64,000 bases of DNA from Lama glama (Eukaryota): contig CM052816.1 in NCBI GenBank assembly GCA_028534125.1, positions 33,296,001 to 33,360,000 of the forward strand, written 5' to 3'. Under the pieces are notes generated by a model. It searched no databases. It was not told the origin of the DNA and saw nothing but the letters and a program-made list of their open reading frames with translations. Made by a program: the position numbers and the translations under genes. Below, one piece after another: positions 12,271-25,299 of this stretch. Each line of letters opens with the position of its first letter. The first letter of the stretch is position 1.

Positions 12271-15032
12271 TTGGACATTTAAGTTTCAATCAGCTCTAAA
12301 CTCTATCTTTGTTTGCTGCCTAAATATTGCTTAAAGACAGAGCATAGGAGAAATATTAGATTAATTAAGAAGACTAAATATTAGAGAATCAAATATAGGG
12401 GTGATTTCAGAATTCTCTCTAAGCCCTTAAATTCTGAGTTTACCAAAAGGATGCATATGACTGAGACTTGGTTCTGAGGCTGTGATGATAATAATAAAAA
12501 TCATTGTAATAATATAGCTGACAGCTTTTGAGTGCTTACTATGTTCCAGACAATATTGTAACAGTTTTTGGTATTGCTCATTTATACCACAATAACTCTA
12601 TGAGGTAAGTTCACATGTAAACATTTTTTAAAAGAGAAAATTGAGATAAAGAGAAGTTAATAATTTCCCCCAAGATCTATTAACAGGTAAAGCCGAGATT
12701 TAAAACCCAACAGTCTAGCCCCAGAATTTTAAGTCTCCTTAGGAGAGGATAAGCATGTACATTAGGACTGTGGAATCAAAGAATCTCTCCCCTAATCTAA
12801 TGCTTGCTCACCCTTTAACCAGAACGTGGTTAGGTTTCAAACGTATGGGAAAGGCCGAAGTGCCACAGGAATTCAGACATGGAACTTGATAAAAGTATTT
12901 CTCAGAGGAATTTCAGAGACAGCAGGAACCTGAATCTAAACTTTGGTGTGAAGTAGAAAGGTAAGAGAAGGAAGCCAGGCCTCAGTAAGAAGGAAGAGCA
13001 GGGTCAAGGGCGGCAAGGCAGCGGAGGAATTTACAGAATTTGTACATACTGCTAGGTGGCTTGTTTCATGCTTTTCTTTATATTTATATAATGTGCAAAT
13101 TTTATTTCAGATCAATAATGTTTTCTATAATATATCCTTAATGACTGCATAATATTTTATTGATACACTAAACTGTATTTAATAATCCTCTATTGTTGGA
13201 CATCTTGGCTCTTTCTAATTTGGGACAAATTTCCACAATGCTTTAATAAATCATATTGTGGATCATTCACTTGTGGAAAAATACTGACCTCATAAATCCA
13301 GTGATTTAGGAGAATTAGTCAGAAACTAGAGTGGATGATAGATTTGGGCTGAGAAGGACTGAAAGTAGGGAACTGTGTCCCATACCATTAAGATTCTAAT
13401 ATAATACTATAAACATGAGGCTGTGGTGGTGACAGAGGAATGGAGATGTCAGAACAGGTAGAAGAAATAATTAAAACAAAAGACTCTATCACACATAGTG
13501 ACTGATGTGGGAATTAAAGTTAATCTCTATCTTGAAAGCAGTATCATTTTTAGATAAAATTGTGTCTTCACAATTATCTTTAAGATATCTATTTTCTTAG
13601 CATTTGTGCTCACTTGTCAAGCAGTAATGTTTTCTAATTACTCAATAAGAGTTTCTTCATAGATGATAGAAGGAAGTCAGGGGAAATATTCCAAAAGTAA
13701 TTATATCTGAGGAAGAACAGGATTCATATAACTATTCATATAACTATTATTTTATAAGGAATTACTTTATAAGGAATTCTTAGTCTCAAAATGGTTTGCC
13801 CTTTTGAATTATATCCTTCCCATATAAAGAAATAGCAAATTTGCGAGCTATCTCTGATCTTATTATACTTTTATTTGTTATCTTGCAACGTGTAAAAGCA
13901 AAACCTCTTTGGTCACTTGTCTAGAAAAGAACTCACCGTATCTTCCTGTCATCAGTGAAGTCCCCGGGAGGACACAGCCCACCCAGGTCACTGCAGTGCC
14001 CTGGGAATGCCCGGAGCAGGGCAGCAGCTTCCTGGGCTTGTTCAGCATGCAGAGAAGGCCCGTGTCAGCCTTCCAGTCACATCTTTCTTTACTCACTTCC
14101 TTTCCTTTGTACTTCTCTTTCCTACCACTCTCACATTATGATTTTTGAATCCTGAGATCTATGAAATGTTCATTATTATGTGCATTTGCACAACTGATCT
14201 CTTATCTTTGTAGATTATTTAGCCCTTTGCTCAAATTCTAAAAATAAAGTCTGTCATTTCATTTCAAGGTTTCTTCTGAGCACTTACCTAAAAGCCTTTC
14301 CTTGTCCAGGTCGTCACAGTCACAGAGAGGTGAAGAATTGATGCCTGGCTTCCTTGTTCTCAGGAGGCTTGATCAAAAGACTGGGTCCAGCTCATCAGAT
14401 GAAGCACCGTATTTCCTCATAAACCTCCTAGAAAAAAAAGAAGTACACAATCAGTTTCTTTATTGCTCATGTAATGTCAAAAAGCAATACTCTGATAATC
14501 TAAACGTGCCCCAGGAAAGCCCAGTTTCCATTCACTTTGTGGTCTTCAGGAACACCTTCTAGTGGGTTAGATGTATAACTACCTCAACCACAAACTCAGT
14601 TCACAGGAGTCAAAAACCATCAACTTTAAATTGATCAATTTACGAATTATTTCCCTCATTCCATAAGTGTGTAATTTTGCACTTGGATCTGCAACTTGGA
14701 TGGTCTTGAGCTGTTTAAATCCCTTTTATGTCATGTGCATGTAATAATATCGGTAATGACCACTCACTCAAATCCTACCTATAGCTTTAGAACACTATGA
14801 GCTTCCCCACTACTGTCTCAACATTCATTAATTAAATCTCTGAAGCGAACACCTTGAAAGCATTTATATCATGCAATGTAAATTTCTGGTTAGTGAAACG
14901 CTGGCAGCCCAAAACTCGTCTGATAAAGTGTAACAGTTTTTCTGGGGAAGAATAGGTATCATTCTATTTTCACTCCTTTTATTAAACACTTACTGACTTG
15001 GTACCTTGGGAAAGTTACTTAAATTCTGTAAG

Positions 15033-15208
15033 CAGTGGTGTGTCAGATCTGGAACCAGCTTCTGAGAGCCAACTGTTAAACCTTCAGGAGTTTTGCTTAC
15101 AAGTTCTTAAAACTTTAGCATCTTGAAATTTGCCATGGTAGGAGTATTTACCACTACAAACGAGGGCACTTTCTCCCCACAGAGAGCTGATTTACTGGCT
15201 CAACACTG
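15033..15208. mobile_element. hAT MITE (MER63-like) inserted in a MIR
   Basis: cagtggtgtg...caacactg termini, internal gagagccaactgttaaa and gccatggtaggagtatttaccac; MIR text resumes on both sides. Confidence 0.55.
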
Positions 15209-15269
15209 TCTCCAAGCTTTAATTTCTTCATTCATAAAATGAGAAAAATAATTCCAACCTGGACTGGAC

Positions 15270-17850
15270 ACATTCAGTTGCACTAAATAGAATCTCTCTA
15301 CTAGTTTAAATAGAAAAGTAATTCGCTAGAGAGTCTTATGCCCTATAAAAATGTACGGAATATTGATTTTTAAAAAAAGGTTACAGTTTGAGCTCTCAAA
15401 ACAAATCTGAGAGTCATGCCATAAAACGGGGCCACCAAGGGACCTATTGCCTCTTCTGTGTTCAGGAAGCCATCTGTCCATTTGGGAAATTGTTGCTATG
15501 GTTACCAATTCTAAAATTGCTTTTCCTCTCCATGACCAGGAAAGCCTCCCTGATCACAAAGCCATTGCAGACAAACCAGAGACCTCAACATTGCTTCTCC
15601 TGGCTCATGCCTTCTGAATATTTCAAGAGAGAATCTGATTGGCAGAAACTAACTCATAACCACAGTCATAGCTGCATGGGAGGCTTGAAAATATGGTCTT
15701 TATTTGGAGTGGACTCATGTCCAGATGAAAAACTGGAGGTTCTATTGCCACAGATTAGAAGAAAGGGGAAGAACAGCTATTGGGCGACATCTAGTAGTCT
15801 GCCATAGCCCACCACTTCCATCCTGGAGAGCGGTGAGTACCTTTTTCCTTACATAGAGAACAATTCATACCTTACTCCAAAGTCCCATCCAGAGACTAAA
15901 TCCAGATCAAAGGCACTAAGTTCTCTCCATCAGGTCCAGATGTGGCTGCCTGTGGACAAGCGATCCAGGAAGAGACAGGTAAGTTATTCCCCTATGCCTA
16001 CCCCTTCCCGCCCCTCTGCCAATTCAATGGCAGAGTAGGAACAGGATAACTATAATTAAAAGTTCCCTTCAGGAAAAAACGTATTGTAATAGGCAGGAAT
16101 TTCAGAGACCTCTGCTGTGGCAATAGACTACTATAATTTTCTAGGTTAGCCCATCCAAAAGCCTCTGGTTCCTCTGCCAGCTCCATGGCTTTGTTTGCTT
16201 GGAGGTCCTTCTTTGTTCATTAGCCTCCTTGACCACATCTTCACTGAGCATTGGAGAGTCTGCCTTTCTTACGGCTGCAAAACTTGCACATCCTGCTTTT
16301 TGCTGGTGTAGGTTTGGGCATTTAGGTTTGTAATGTACTCAGTCAGGCTTTGCCAAGTTCATGGTTTTTCTGGTAAAGAACTTTTTCGTAACTTAATAGG
16401 CATCCAGTCTTTCTTCTGGTCTGTTCCAGTGTAAGAATTGTACCCTAAGAAATCACCTAGACATTTTATGTATATATATAATCAATCAAATATATAATAT
16501 GTCTGCAGATCTGGCTTTAATTATTACCTGCTATGATCTGCACAGCCTCTTTTCAACCTAATTGTGGTATTTATGGGTTGACTTGTGTCCCCTCCTAAAA
16601 AAGAAGTTTGATTCTTAACCCCCAGTACCTCAGAATGTGATCTTGTTTGGAAACAAGATCTCCCCAGAGGTAATCAAGTTGAAATGAGGTCATTAGGGTG
16701 AGCCCTAATCCAATGACTGGTGTCCTTATAAAAAGGGGTAACTTTGTACACAGACAGGCACACCAGGAGATTGCCATGTGAAGATAAAGGCAGAGCTCAA
16801 GGTGGTGCAGCCACAAGCCAAGGAATCCCAGAGGTGGCCAGTAAACCACCAGAGGCCAGGGGAGAGCCATGGGACAGATTTTCCCTCGCAGCTCTCAGAA
16901 GAAACCACCCTGTCAAAACCTTGATATCAAACTACTAGCCTGTAGAACTGTAAGGCAATACATTTCTGTTTGTGGAACTTAAGCTACCCAGTTTGTGGTA
17001 CTTTTTTACAGCAGTCCTAGCAAGCTAATACAGGTGGCTTCCAAAATGCCCTAAAACAAAGGTCTTGACTGGGAGGGCAACGCTCTTAATCTGATCCTTG
17101 CTGCTGGGCTGATTTTTCTTGTCTAGCCCAGAATGCTTCAGAGAGGTGCTTCTAAATACTTGGGGTCACCCTACTCCTTCAGAGCAAATTCTTATTATCA
17201 CTTCAGTGCGGCGGTACAGACACAGTGGGCTTTTTCAACACGGTGAGACATCAAATTATTAGGCTCACAAGTAGTTTAGATTCTGTGGCACAGGTTGAGA
17301 TTCTTTGCTATAGCTTCAGGTTCTCTGTCCTTTCCTCAGTGGGGATACAGTCAGCCCTCAGGTTCTGCTGTTGGTTGAATTAGTGGATGCAGAATACGTG
17401 GATAAGGAAGGCCAACTGCTACCTGTCCCCACCATCTGCTTCTTGGACTGCTAAGCCAAAAAATGTACATTAATATCCTTTGGGCCATCATCCCCTTTCT
17501 AAATCCCAATTTTGTTTAGGTCAGAGTTTGCTTGCAAAGAACAGAATCCATTGTAACTAGTTTAATCAGAAGAGGTTTTGTATGGATTTTGTTATGGCTT
17601 AGAGAACCAATGAAGGAATCCTCTGAGAACAGCACAAGAGTGGGGCCACCAGTGCAGATGTTCCTATCTCTACTGGGAAATCACCAGGATCAGAAAGCAA
17701 CCTTGAACTGGGGCAGGGCAACAGGAGACAGAAACCTGTGGTAGAGCTGCAGAAACAGCAGAAGCGTGACTTGACATTGCAGACCTCTCACCACTACATC
17801 TGATTAGCAGGAGCCAAGTCAAGTCAGAGCTCACGCTACCAGAATGCCTA
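15270..17850 (-). mobile_element. Decayed MaLR element (LTR - MLT-int - LTR), interrupted by a younger MLT1C and a small MITE
   Basis: MLT-internal motifs caaagtcccatccag, ctctccatcaggtccagatgtggct and aggataactataattaaaagttccc, flanked by two similar old LTR-like segments starting near 15270 and 17515. Boundaries approximate. Confidence 0.45.
16563..17032 (+). mobile_element. MaLR solo LTR (MLT1C-like)
   Basis: cccccagtacctcagaatgtga, gaggtcattagggtgagccctaatccaatgactggtgtccttataa, and 3' end cagcagtcctagcaagctaataca. Confidence 0.8.
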
Positions 17851-18389
17851 GGAACTGTCTGTTGTTCTAGGCTATGATGTGCTCAGCTAAAAATTAAGGG
17901 CTTTAATTTTTAGAAATTAGAAAAGGAGGAAGGAGGTATGAAGAAGTAGATTGTGAATGTAAATATTTTTAGTATTCTTTCTTACACAGAGCAAGCCCTT
18001 AATAGTTGACAAATTTATGAAAACATAGGTTCCCTCTTTAAGAGAGAAAGTGTGAAATCAGAAATAGGAGATCAGGTTTGTAAAAGGCAAACTCTGTCAC
18101 AATCACTTTGCCCTTTTGCTTATTCAAGTGCAATACAATGTTCTCTGAGCTGGAATATTTACAAATGTACCCTCTCAGTGAACAAAGTTCATGTTCTGGA
18201 GGAGTAATTGACCTTACAACTCAAAGGTCCTGGTCTGACTGAATTCTCTTACACTTTATTCCTTCTCAAGTGGTTTCACCTTCCCCATGTACTTGGATCC
18301 ATGATCCAAGGAAATAAGGACTCTCAGATGTGTATTAAGCAGGAATTTACCTGTTTAAAATCTTAAATCCTTTTTAAGCCTTCTTAAAA

Positions 18390-20008
18390 ATATTGAAGTA
18401 TAGTTGATTTACAATGTGTTAATTTCTGGTGTACAGCATAGTGATTTATTTATATATATATTTATAAAATATGTATACATTCTTTTTCACATTTTCATTA
18501 TAGGCCATTATGAGGTATTGAATATAGTTCCCTGTGCTACACAGTAGGACCTTATTGTTTATTTTATATATAGTAGTTAGTATCTGCAAATCTCAAACTC
18601 CCAATTTAATCCTTTACCACCCCTCCTTCCCCCACTGGAAACTGTAAGTTTGTTTTCTGTATCTGTGAGTCTGTTTCTGTTTGTAAACAAGTTCATTTGT
18701 GTCATTTTTTTAAGATTCCACATATAAGTGACATCATGTGGTATTTTCTTTCTGTTTCTGGCTTACTTCACTTGGTATGATTATCTCCAGATCCATTCAT
18801 GTTGCTGCAAATGGCATTATTTTTAATGGCTGAGTAGTATTCCATTGTATATATATACACCACATTTTCTTTATCCAGTTGTCTGTTCATGGATATTTAG
18901 GTTGTTTCCATGTCTTGGCTATTGTAAATAGTGCTGCTATGAACATTGGGGTGCATGTGTCTATTTCAATTAGAGTTCCCTCTGGATATATGCCCAGGAG
19001 TAGGACTGCTGGATCAGAGGGTAAATCTATTTTCAGGTTGTTTTTTGTTTTTGTTTTTGCGTGTAGCAAAAGATTTTAAAAGATTTATTTAAAAGGAAAG
19101 GAAAAGTACAGTACCAAGAATGGGAGGCAAGCTGATCCAAGGAAGGAAAAGCGGCGTTTTCCTCTCCCCTTTCTCTTATGCTCTCGCTTAGAGGTGGTCT
19201 CTTGACTGATTGACGGCTCTTGTCCCTGGAATGCTTAGTCATCTTTGGGCCCTTCTGCGCATGTCCTTAACCATGGTGTACACAGAAACACCCATGGTGG
19301 GTGGGGGTGGGGTGGGTGGGGCTAAACTGCAATGTTAATTATAATACAATGAACACTGGGTCCTGTCCCATTAAGTCCTTTCTGCTACCCTGTAGTTGTG
19401 GCTGTCAGGTTTAACCAGTTTTTTGTTTTGCTTTGCTTTTTTTTTCCTTTTACTTGTTTGTTTGTTTTTGCTAGCACTCATTTAGAAGAAGTAAAGTCCC
19501 TTTATGCTGGAGGCGGGCATAACACCATCTTCTGGACAATCCTCCCTTTCCTCCACCTATTAAGGACTCTCCATACTGTTTTCCATAATGGCTGCACCAA
19601 ACTACATTCCCACCAGCAGGGTAGGAGAGTTCTCTTTTCTCCACACCCTCTTCAGCATTTATCGTTTGTGGAATTTTGAATGATGGCCATTCTGACCTGT
19701 TTGAGGATACCTCATTGTAGTTTTGATTTCCATTTCTCTGATAATTAGCAATATTGAGCATTTTTTCACATGCCTATTGCCATTTGAATGTGTTCACTGG
19801 AGAAATGTTTATTTAGGTCTTCTGCCCTTTTTTTAAAAAAATTTATTGAGTTTTAGTCAGTTCACAATGTTGTGTCTTCTGCCCATTTTTTGATTGGGCT
19901 GTTTGTGTTTTTTGTTATTCAGTTGTATGAGTTGCTTGTATATTCTGAAACTTAAGCTCTTGTCAGTCTCATCATTTGCAAATATTTTCTTCCATTCCAT
20001 AGGTTGTT
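18390..20008 (-). mobile_element. Lineage-specific L1 3' fragment (ORF2 end + 3' UTR) carrying two nested insertions
   Basis: Minus frame gives [44 protein letters not shown] (L1 ORF2 C-terminus); the L1 text is interrupted at 19037-19560 and 19828-19873. Confidence 0.85.
19037..19560 (-). mobile_element. ERV-derived insert: PPT + U3/R part of an LTR + decayed polyA tail
   Basis: Minus strand shows purine tract AGGTGGAGGAAAGGGAGGA (19558-19540), then TG at 19538, an LTR-like body, AATAAA (19089-19084) and an A-rich tail (19059-19037). Confidence 0.6.
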
Positions 20009-20055
20009 TAAAAATTTAAATCTTAAACATAGATTTGTGAAATATGTTTTAGTAT

Positions 20056-20266
20056 AGAGATCAGTAAAGTTTTACTACAAAGGGCCAGACAGTAATATTT
20101 ACAGCTTTGCTGGCCACACAGTGTCTTTCACAATTTCTCAATCATGATATTGCAGTGTGAGAACAGTACACAGATTAATGAGTGTGCCTATGTTCCAATA
20201 AAATTTTATTTATGAAAAAGGTGGGGGACCTAACTTGGCACATGGGTTGTCATTTGCTGATCCTTG
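20056..20266. mobile_element. hAT-Charlie MITE (MER58A-like)
   Basis: aaagggccagacagtaatattt...tgttccaataaaattttattta...tttgctgatccttg. Confidence 0.65.
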
Positions 20267-21858
20267 TTTCAAATAATTGCCTGAAATAAATTTAAAAAAG
20301 CAATTCCACCAGAGTTACCTAGCTGATTATGTAAGGCATGGACCTATAGTTGGTCATTTCTCTTCTCTGTGTCTGTGTTGAGTCCTTTCTTTCACAGAAA
20401 CACTCATCCTAACTTCTGGTGTTTGAGACTGGCAGTTCCCTCTGGTTGGTTTCACTTTACAGTCACTTATCAGTGTTGTTCTGACCATTTGTGAACCTAA
20501 ACACAACAGGAGATTTCTTTAACTTCAGTAACCATGTTCATAATGGAGACAGCAAGTTGCTACCAACTCTGCTCAGCCACACCTGAAGCAACCAGTGTGT
20601 TTTTCTGTTGGCATCAACTGTTGCTTGGATTCACCTACAGGTTCCCGATCCTCACATACCATAGTACCTGTGAGCTAGCATGGCCTCCCCAACCCAGATG
20701 GAAATTCTTTTGCTGTCCCTGACATGGCATCAGCTTTTACTCATTAGCTATGTGATTTTAGGATAATTACCGAAACTTCTGTTCTTCAGTTTCTTAATAA
20801 GCAAGATGGAAATCATAATAATACCTACCTAGAGCCGGGCATGGACTATATTAAACATTCCATAGATGCTATCTATAATGGAGAATTTGGTATCAGTTAT
20901 TTACGTAATTTATAATATTGTTAGTTGTCCTTCATTTTCATCGGAGTATTTTGATACATGAACAACAAGTAAAATTTGAATTTTGTTTGCTTGTTTATTC
21001 TGTTTGTTTTAATTGTGGTCTAAAATGAATATTTTCTATACACTGGTAGAGCATGTTTTACTATTCAGTTGTTCATTTTCTTAGAAGTGTAATTTAAAAA
21101 AAAAAAACAAATGAACATAATCTTTAAACAACAGAGCAGATAGCACAAAAGAGTAAAGCATAAAAAGCGAGTAACAGAAATAGTTACCATGGACAACTCA
21201 GTATTTTACCCCACTGAATCTTAACAGTTGCCTGTGCCTCTGGTCCACTCTCTTCTCACACAGACCTTTTTTCCTCTTCTTTTCTGGTAGTTCTTAAACA
21301 TGAGCCAGACTGGTCTTACATTAGCTAATGGACATCATCCAGAAGTCACATTCCTAGACCCTCATTCCCAAAGATTCTGATATAGTAGTCCCAGGATAGG
21401 GCTTGAAGTCTGCATTTTTAAATGCTTTCCATCCACGATGTGGATGTATGGGAAATTTGGGGACCTATGCTCCACACTCTCACTTGTGTTCTCACCCAAG
21501 GGCTCTTCCCCAATATCTGCTACCATTTATTTCTGTGTGCCCATCAGTGCCAAAATCTGTGCCAGCCTCTGCAGCCACAGTCTCAAACACTCATAGCAAT
21601 CCTGCAAAGAAGATATTCTTATCTCACATTACACGTGGGAAAACTAAGGCTCAGTTATGTTTAATAATTTGTGCAAAGTCTTCTGCCTCCTTCTTTGACA
21701 AGAATGTGTAGTTAATACTAGCTTATTTGTTTAAGCATGTAAAAAAATTTCCTCAAGGGGATAGGAATGTACTTCTGTGAAAGTCAGGGACTGATTACAA
21801 GGAGCAGAAACCCACTCAAAAGATGTGAAGAAGGTTTGTCAAAAGGATGTAGAAGAAT

Positions 21859-22804
21859 ATATAAGCAGCTCATATAACTTAACAAACAACCCAATCCAAA
21901 AATGGAAGAAGACCTAAACAAGTAATTCTACAGTGAAGACATACAAATAGGCACATGAAAAATTGTTCAATAGCACTAATTATCAGAGAAATGCAAATCA
22001 AAACTACAATGAGGTATCACCTCACACCAGTCAGAATGGCCATCATTCAAAAGTCCATGAACGATAAATGCTGGAGAGGGTGTGGAGAAAAGGAAACCAT
22101 CCTGCACTGTTGGTGGGAATGTAGTTTGGTGCAGCCATTATGGAAAACAGTGTGGAAATTCCTGAAAAAACTAAAAATAAAGTTACCATATGATCCAGCA
22201 ATCCCGATCTTGGGTATATATCTGGAAGGAACTTCAATTAAAAAAAATACATGCACCCTAGTGTTTCTAGGAGCACTATTTACAACAGCCAAGACATGGA
22301 AACAACCTAAATGTCCATCAACAGATGACTGGATAAAGAAGTTGTATATTTATGCAACAGAATACTACTCAGCCATAAAAAATAATAAAATACTGCCATT
22401 TGTAGCAACATGGATGGACCTGAAGATTGTCATTCTAAGTGAAGTAAACCAGAAAGAGAAAGAAAAATACCATATGATATCACTCATATGTGGAATCTAA
22501 AAAAAAAAAAAAGGACACTATGAACTCATCTATAAAACAGAAACAGACCTGCAGACATAGTAAACAATCTTATGGTTATCAGGGAAAGGGGGTGGGAAGG
22601 GATAAATTTGGGAGTTTGAGATTTGCTAATGTTAGCCACTACAAATTTCTTCTGTAAAGCACAGGGAACTATATTTAATATCTTGTAATAACCATTAATG
22701 AAAAAGAATATGAAAATGAATATATGTATGTATACACACGACTGGGACATTGTGCTGTATACCAGAAATTGACACGTTTTAACTGACTATACTTTGTTTA
22801 AAAA
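21859..22804 (+). mobile_element. 5'-truncated L1 (ORF2 C-terminus + 3' UTR)
   Basis: ORF 21955-22500 = [23 protein letters not shown]...[17 protein letters not shown]...; TSD AAAAGGATGTAGAAGAAT (21841-21858) / AAAAGGATATAGGAGAAT (22805-22822). Confidence 0.9.
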
Positions 22805-25299
22805 AAAAGGATATAGGAGAATTTCATGGAATCTGAATATAGAAAACAGAGCCTGGCCTTAAAGAGATTCATTTAAACACAGCCTTGGGTTTTTGAGATA
22901 CGGCAACAAAAGAAATAGATGGTTCTCATATATGTCTTCTCCCCACGTATGTATAAATGGCCTACACCAAAAGCTGCTCCAGCCAGGCACAGAACTATCC
23001 CTGTCTCCCCATTACCTGGATGAAAACATTCATGTCCTCCTTCCTTCATAGCCTCACCTGGGATGTCCCCTCCCAACACCTACCTCTTCCTTGTTTTCAC
23101 CTGACTCCAGGCCATTGCTGGGCAAAACAAAGGAAGAAAGTGTTACAAGAGAAAAGGGGTCCTCTATTCCCTAAAAGCTCTTTCATCCTAAATGAGAGAA
23201 AGTCAATGCAAACCGACTTTTACAAAAATTATTGGATTATGTAAGTAAAATGTTCAGGATTAAATCCAGCTCTGGAATTTGCTGGGGGTCACTTTATAAA
23301 CTGCCCCAGCATCAACAGGCTTCCTACAGCAGGGATTTAATAAGTGTTTGTTGACTTGAATAAAGGCTATGAACTTCCCTGAGTCAAATTTTCTCAGTAT
23401 AGAATTGCTCATATTCTCTAATTTCAATATGTAAGGGTTTTATTTTTATTAATGTTGATATTTATTAATATTAACATTTAAAACATTTAATTAATATTCT
23501 TCAGTATGTAACATTTGATTTTCTTCTTGATTAAACAGAGTTTGGGGGACAGAATTTTTTTTTTAATCTTCAAGTAATTGGGGGTATTTGTACCTGCTTT
23601 TATTTTGTTTTTTATTTCTGGATGTATTACTTCCTGGCTGTAATAGTGGATATATTATTTCCGTGTTTTGGAATTTTTTTCAGTTTTTCTTCTTGAAAAT
23701 TCCTTTTTAATGTATTCAGTCTGATTGCAGTCAGGGCTTGGCAGAGAAGCTGTTTTTCCTCTTTAGGGTGACTTTCTATAGCTGGTCAAATACATTATAT
23801 GTCTCTTTTATGCTTGAAGTCTAGATGGAAAGCTAATTTCCATATATTCCAAACTATTTGGAGAGGGGACCTGTCTGCTGCCCTATATACTATGGTTTCC
23901 TTGTGAGTACAATCATAATAGAGCATACATTATCAGATTGTTATCAGGATTAAATGAGCTAATACATGAAAAATGATTAGCCTTGTGGCTTGTCCATAGT
24001 AATAATCCCTCAGTAATAACTTCAGATGATATTTTCTTTTTTCTGAACCTGCAGTTCAGAAAAAACCTGCAGTTTTGCTCTTTGTAGTATTCCACTTTGA
24101 CAGACATAGAGTGGTTTTGAATTAGCCCAACTTCTTTCTAACCAAGAAAAACATGGCAACAGATGAAGAGCAAAGGGCAAAGAAATAAAAACCTCTCTAC
24201 AGATATATGGCCTTTTACAGCAACCCCTCTCAAAAAAAAAAAGTCAAGTTGATTTTGTTTTAAATATATTGTACCAGATTCTGTGAGACAATATGCAGAG
24301 CTACTGAGCAATGTACCCACAGCTCAATTCTAATAATGAGAGATACTAATTTTCGACTTTTTTGTAATGGTTAATGGGGACTTGTCCCTCTCTACCATTC
24401 AACTATGTAAACTTTTCAGGCAGGGATTAGGCCTTTAATTTCTGGCCCTCACGTCTGTGCACAGGTAGGTGCCTGACAGAGAGCTGTGAAACACATTATG
24501 AGTTTCAGGGGGGTTAAGAGTTCCAGTTTTAGAGTCCAGCAGACCTGGACCACATTCCAGCTCAGCTGCTCAGAAATTAAGTAATCTGCCTTAAGATCTA
24601 TGCAAATTATTGTGTTTTTTGTTTGCATATCTCTATCTATATCTATGTCTATATCTATATATATCTTGAGATAGTTTGGAGTAGTGCTTTGGTTAAAGTT
24701 TTACATAAATCTCACTGAATCCACTTAGCCTTCCAAGGTAGGTGTGTTTTACAGATGAGCACATTTAAAGTAAACACCAAACAAATTATTATTTCTTTTA
24801 TAATTAAACAATGAGGTAAGATTTCAAAAATCTGCCAGTAATGACTAGCAAGTGGTGTTTGGTGATTCTTTTAGCGATGCTAATTTAAAACTTTATGAAG
24901 TATTATTTATTCTCAGCGCAAGCCTATCAAAAATGACTAATGGTGTAGTCTTGCAGTCCTTCCTACTCTTGGTTCTCAAACATACCCTAGTAAATGTAAT
25001 TTACATATACCTGATTTTTAGTTTTCAAGTTCGTCAAACATCCTATCATCCTATGGGTGACTTCACAGTCATTGGAAGAAATGTTACTCACCTTCAAATA
25101 GAAGAAAACCAGAACGCTTAGTAAGGCTGCTAAAGCCACCTGCACACCTCTCCTCTTCTCTATTTTCAAGGTTGTCGTCTGAACTCCCTTATCTGAGGAC
25201 AAACATTTGGTCAAAGACCAATTCACACTGTGGCACTGACTTTGTTTATATGCCTTTTCATACAAGGCTCTCAATCTGTGTCAAGGGAGGCCTCAGGAG

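Noticed and set aside
21955..22500. 181-aa ORF (and similar ORFs at 37530-37923, 18887-19069)
   Set aside because: L1 ORF2 C-terminal remnants in truncated elements, not genes.
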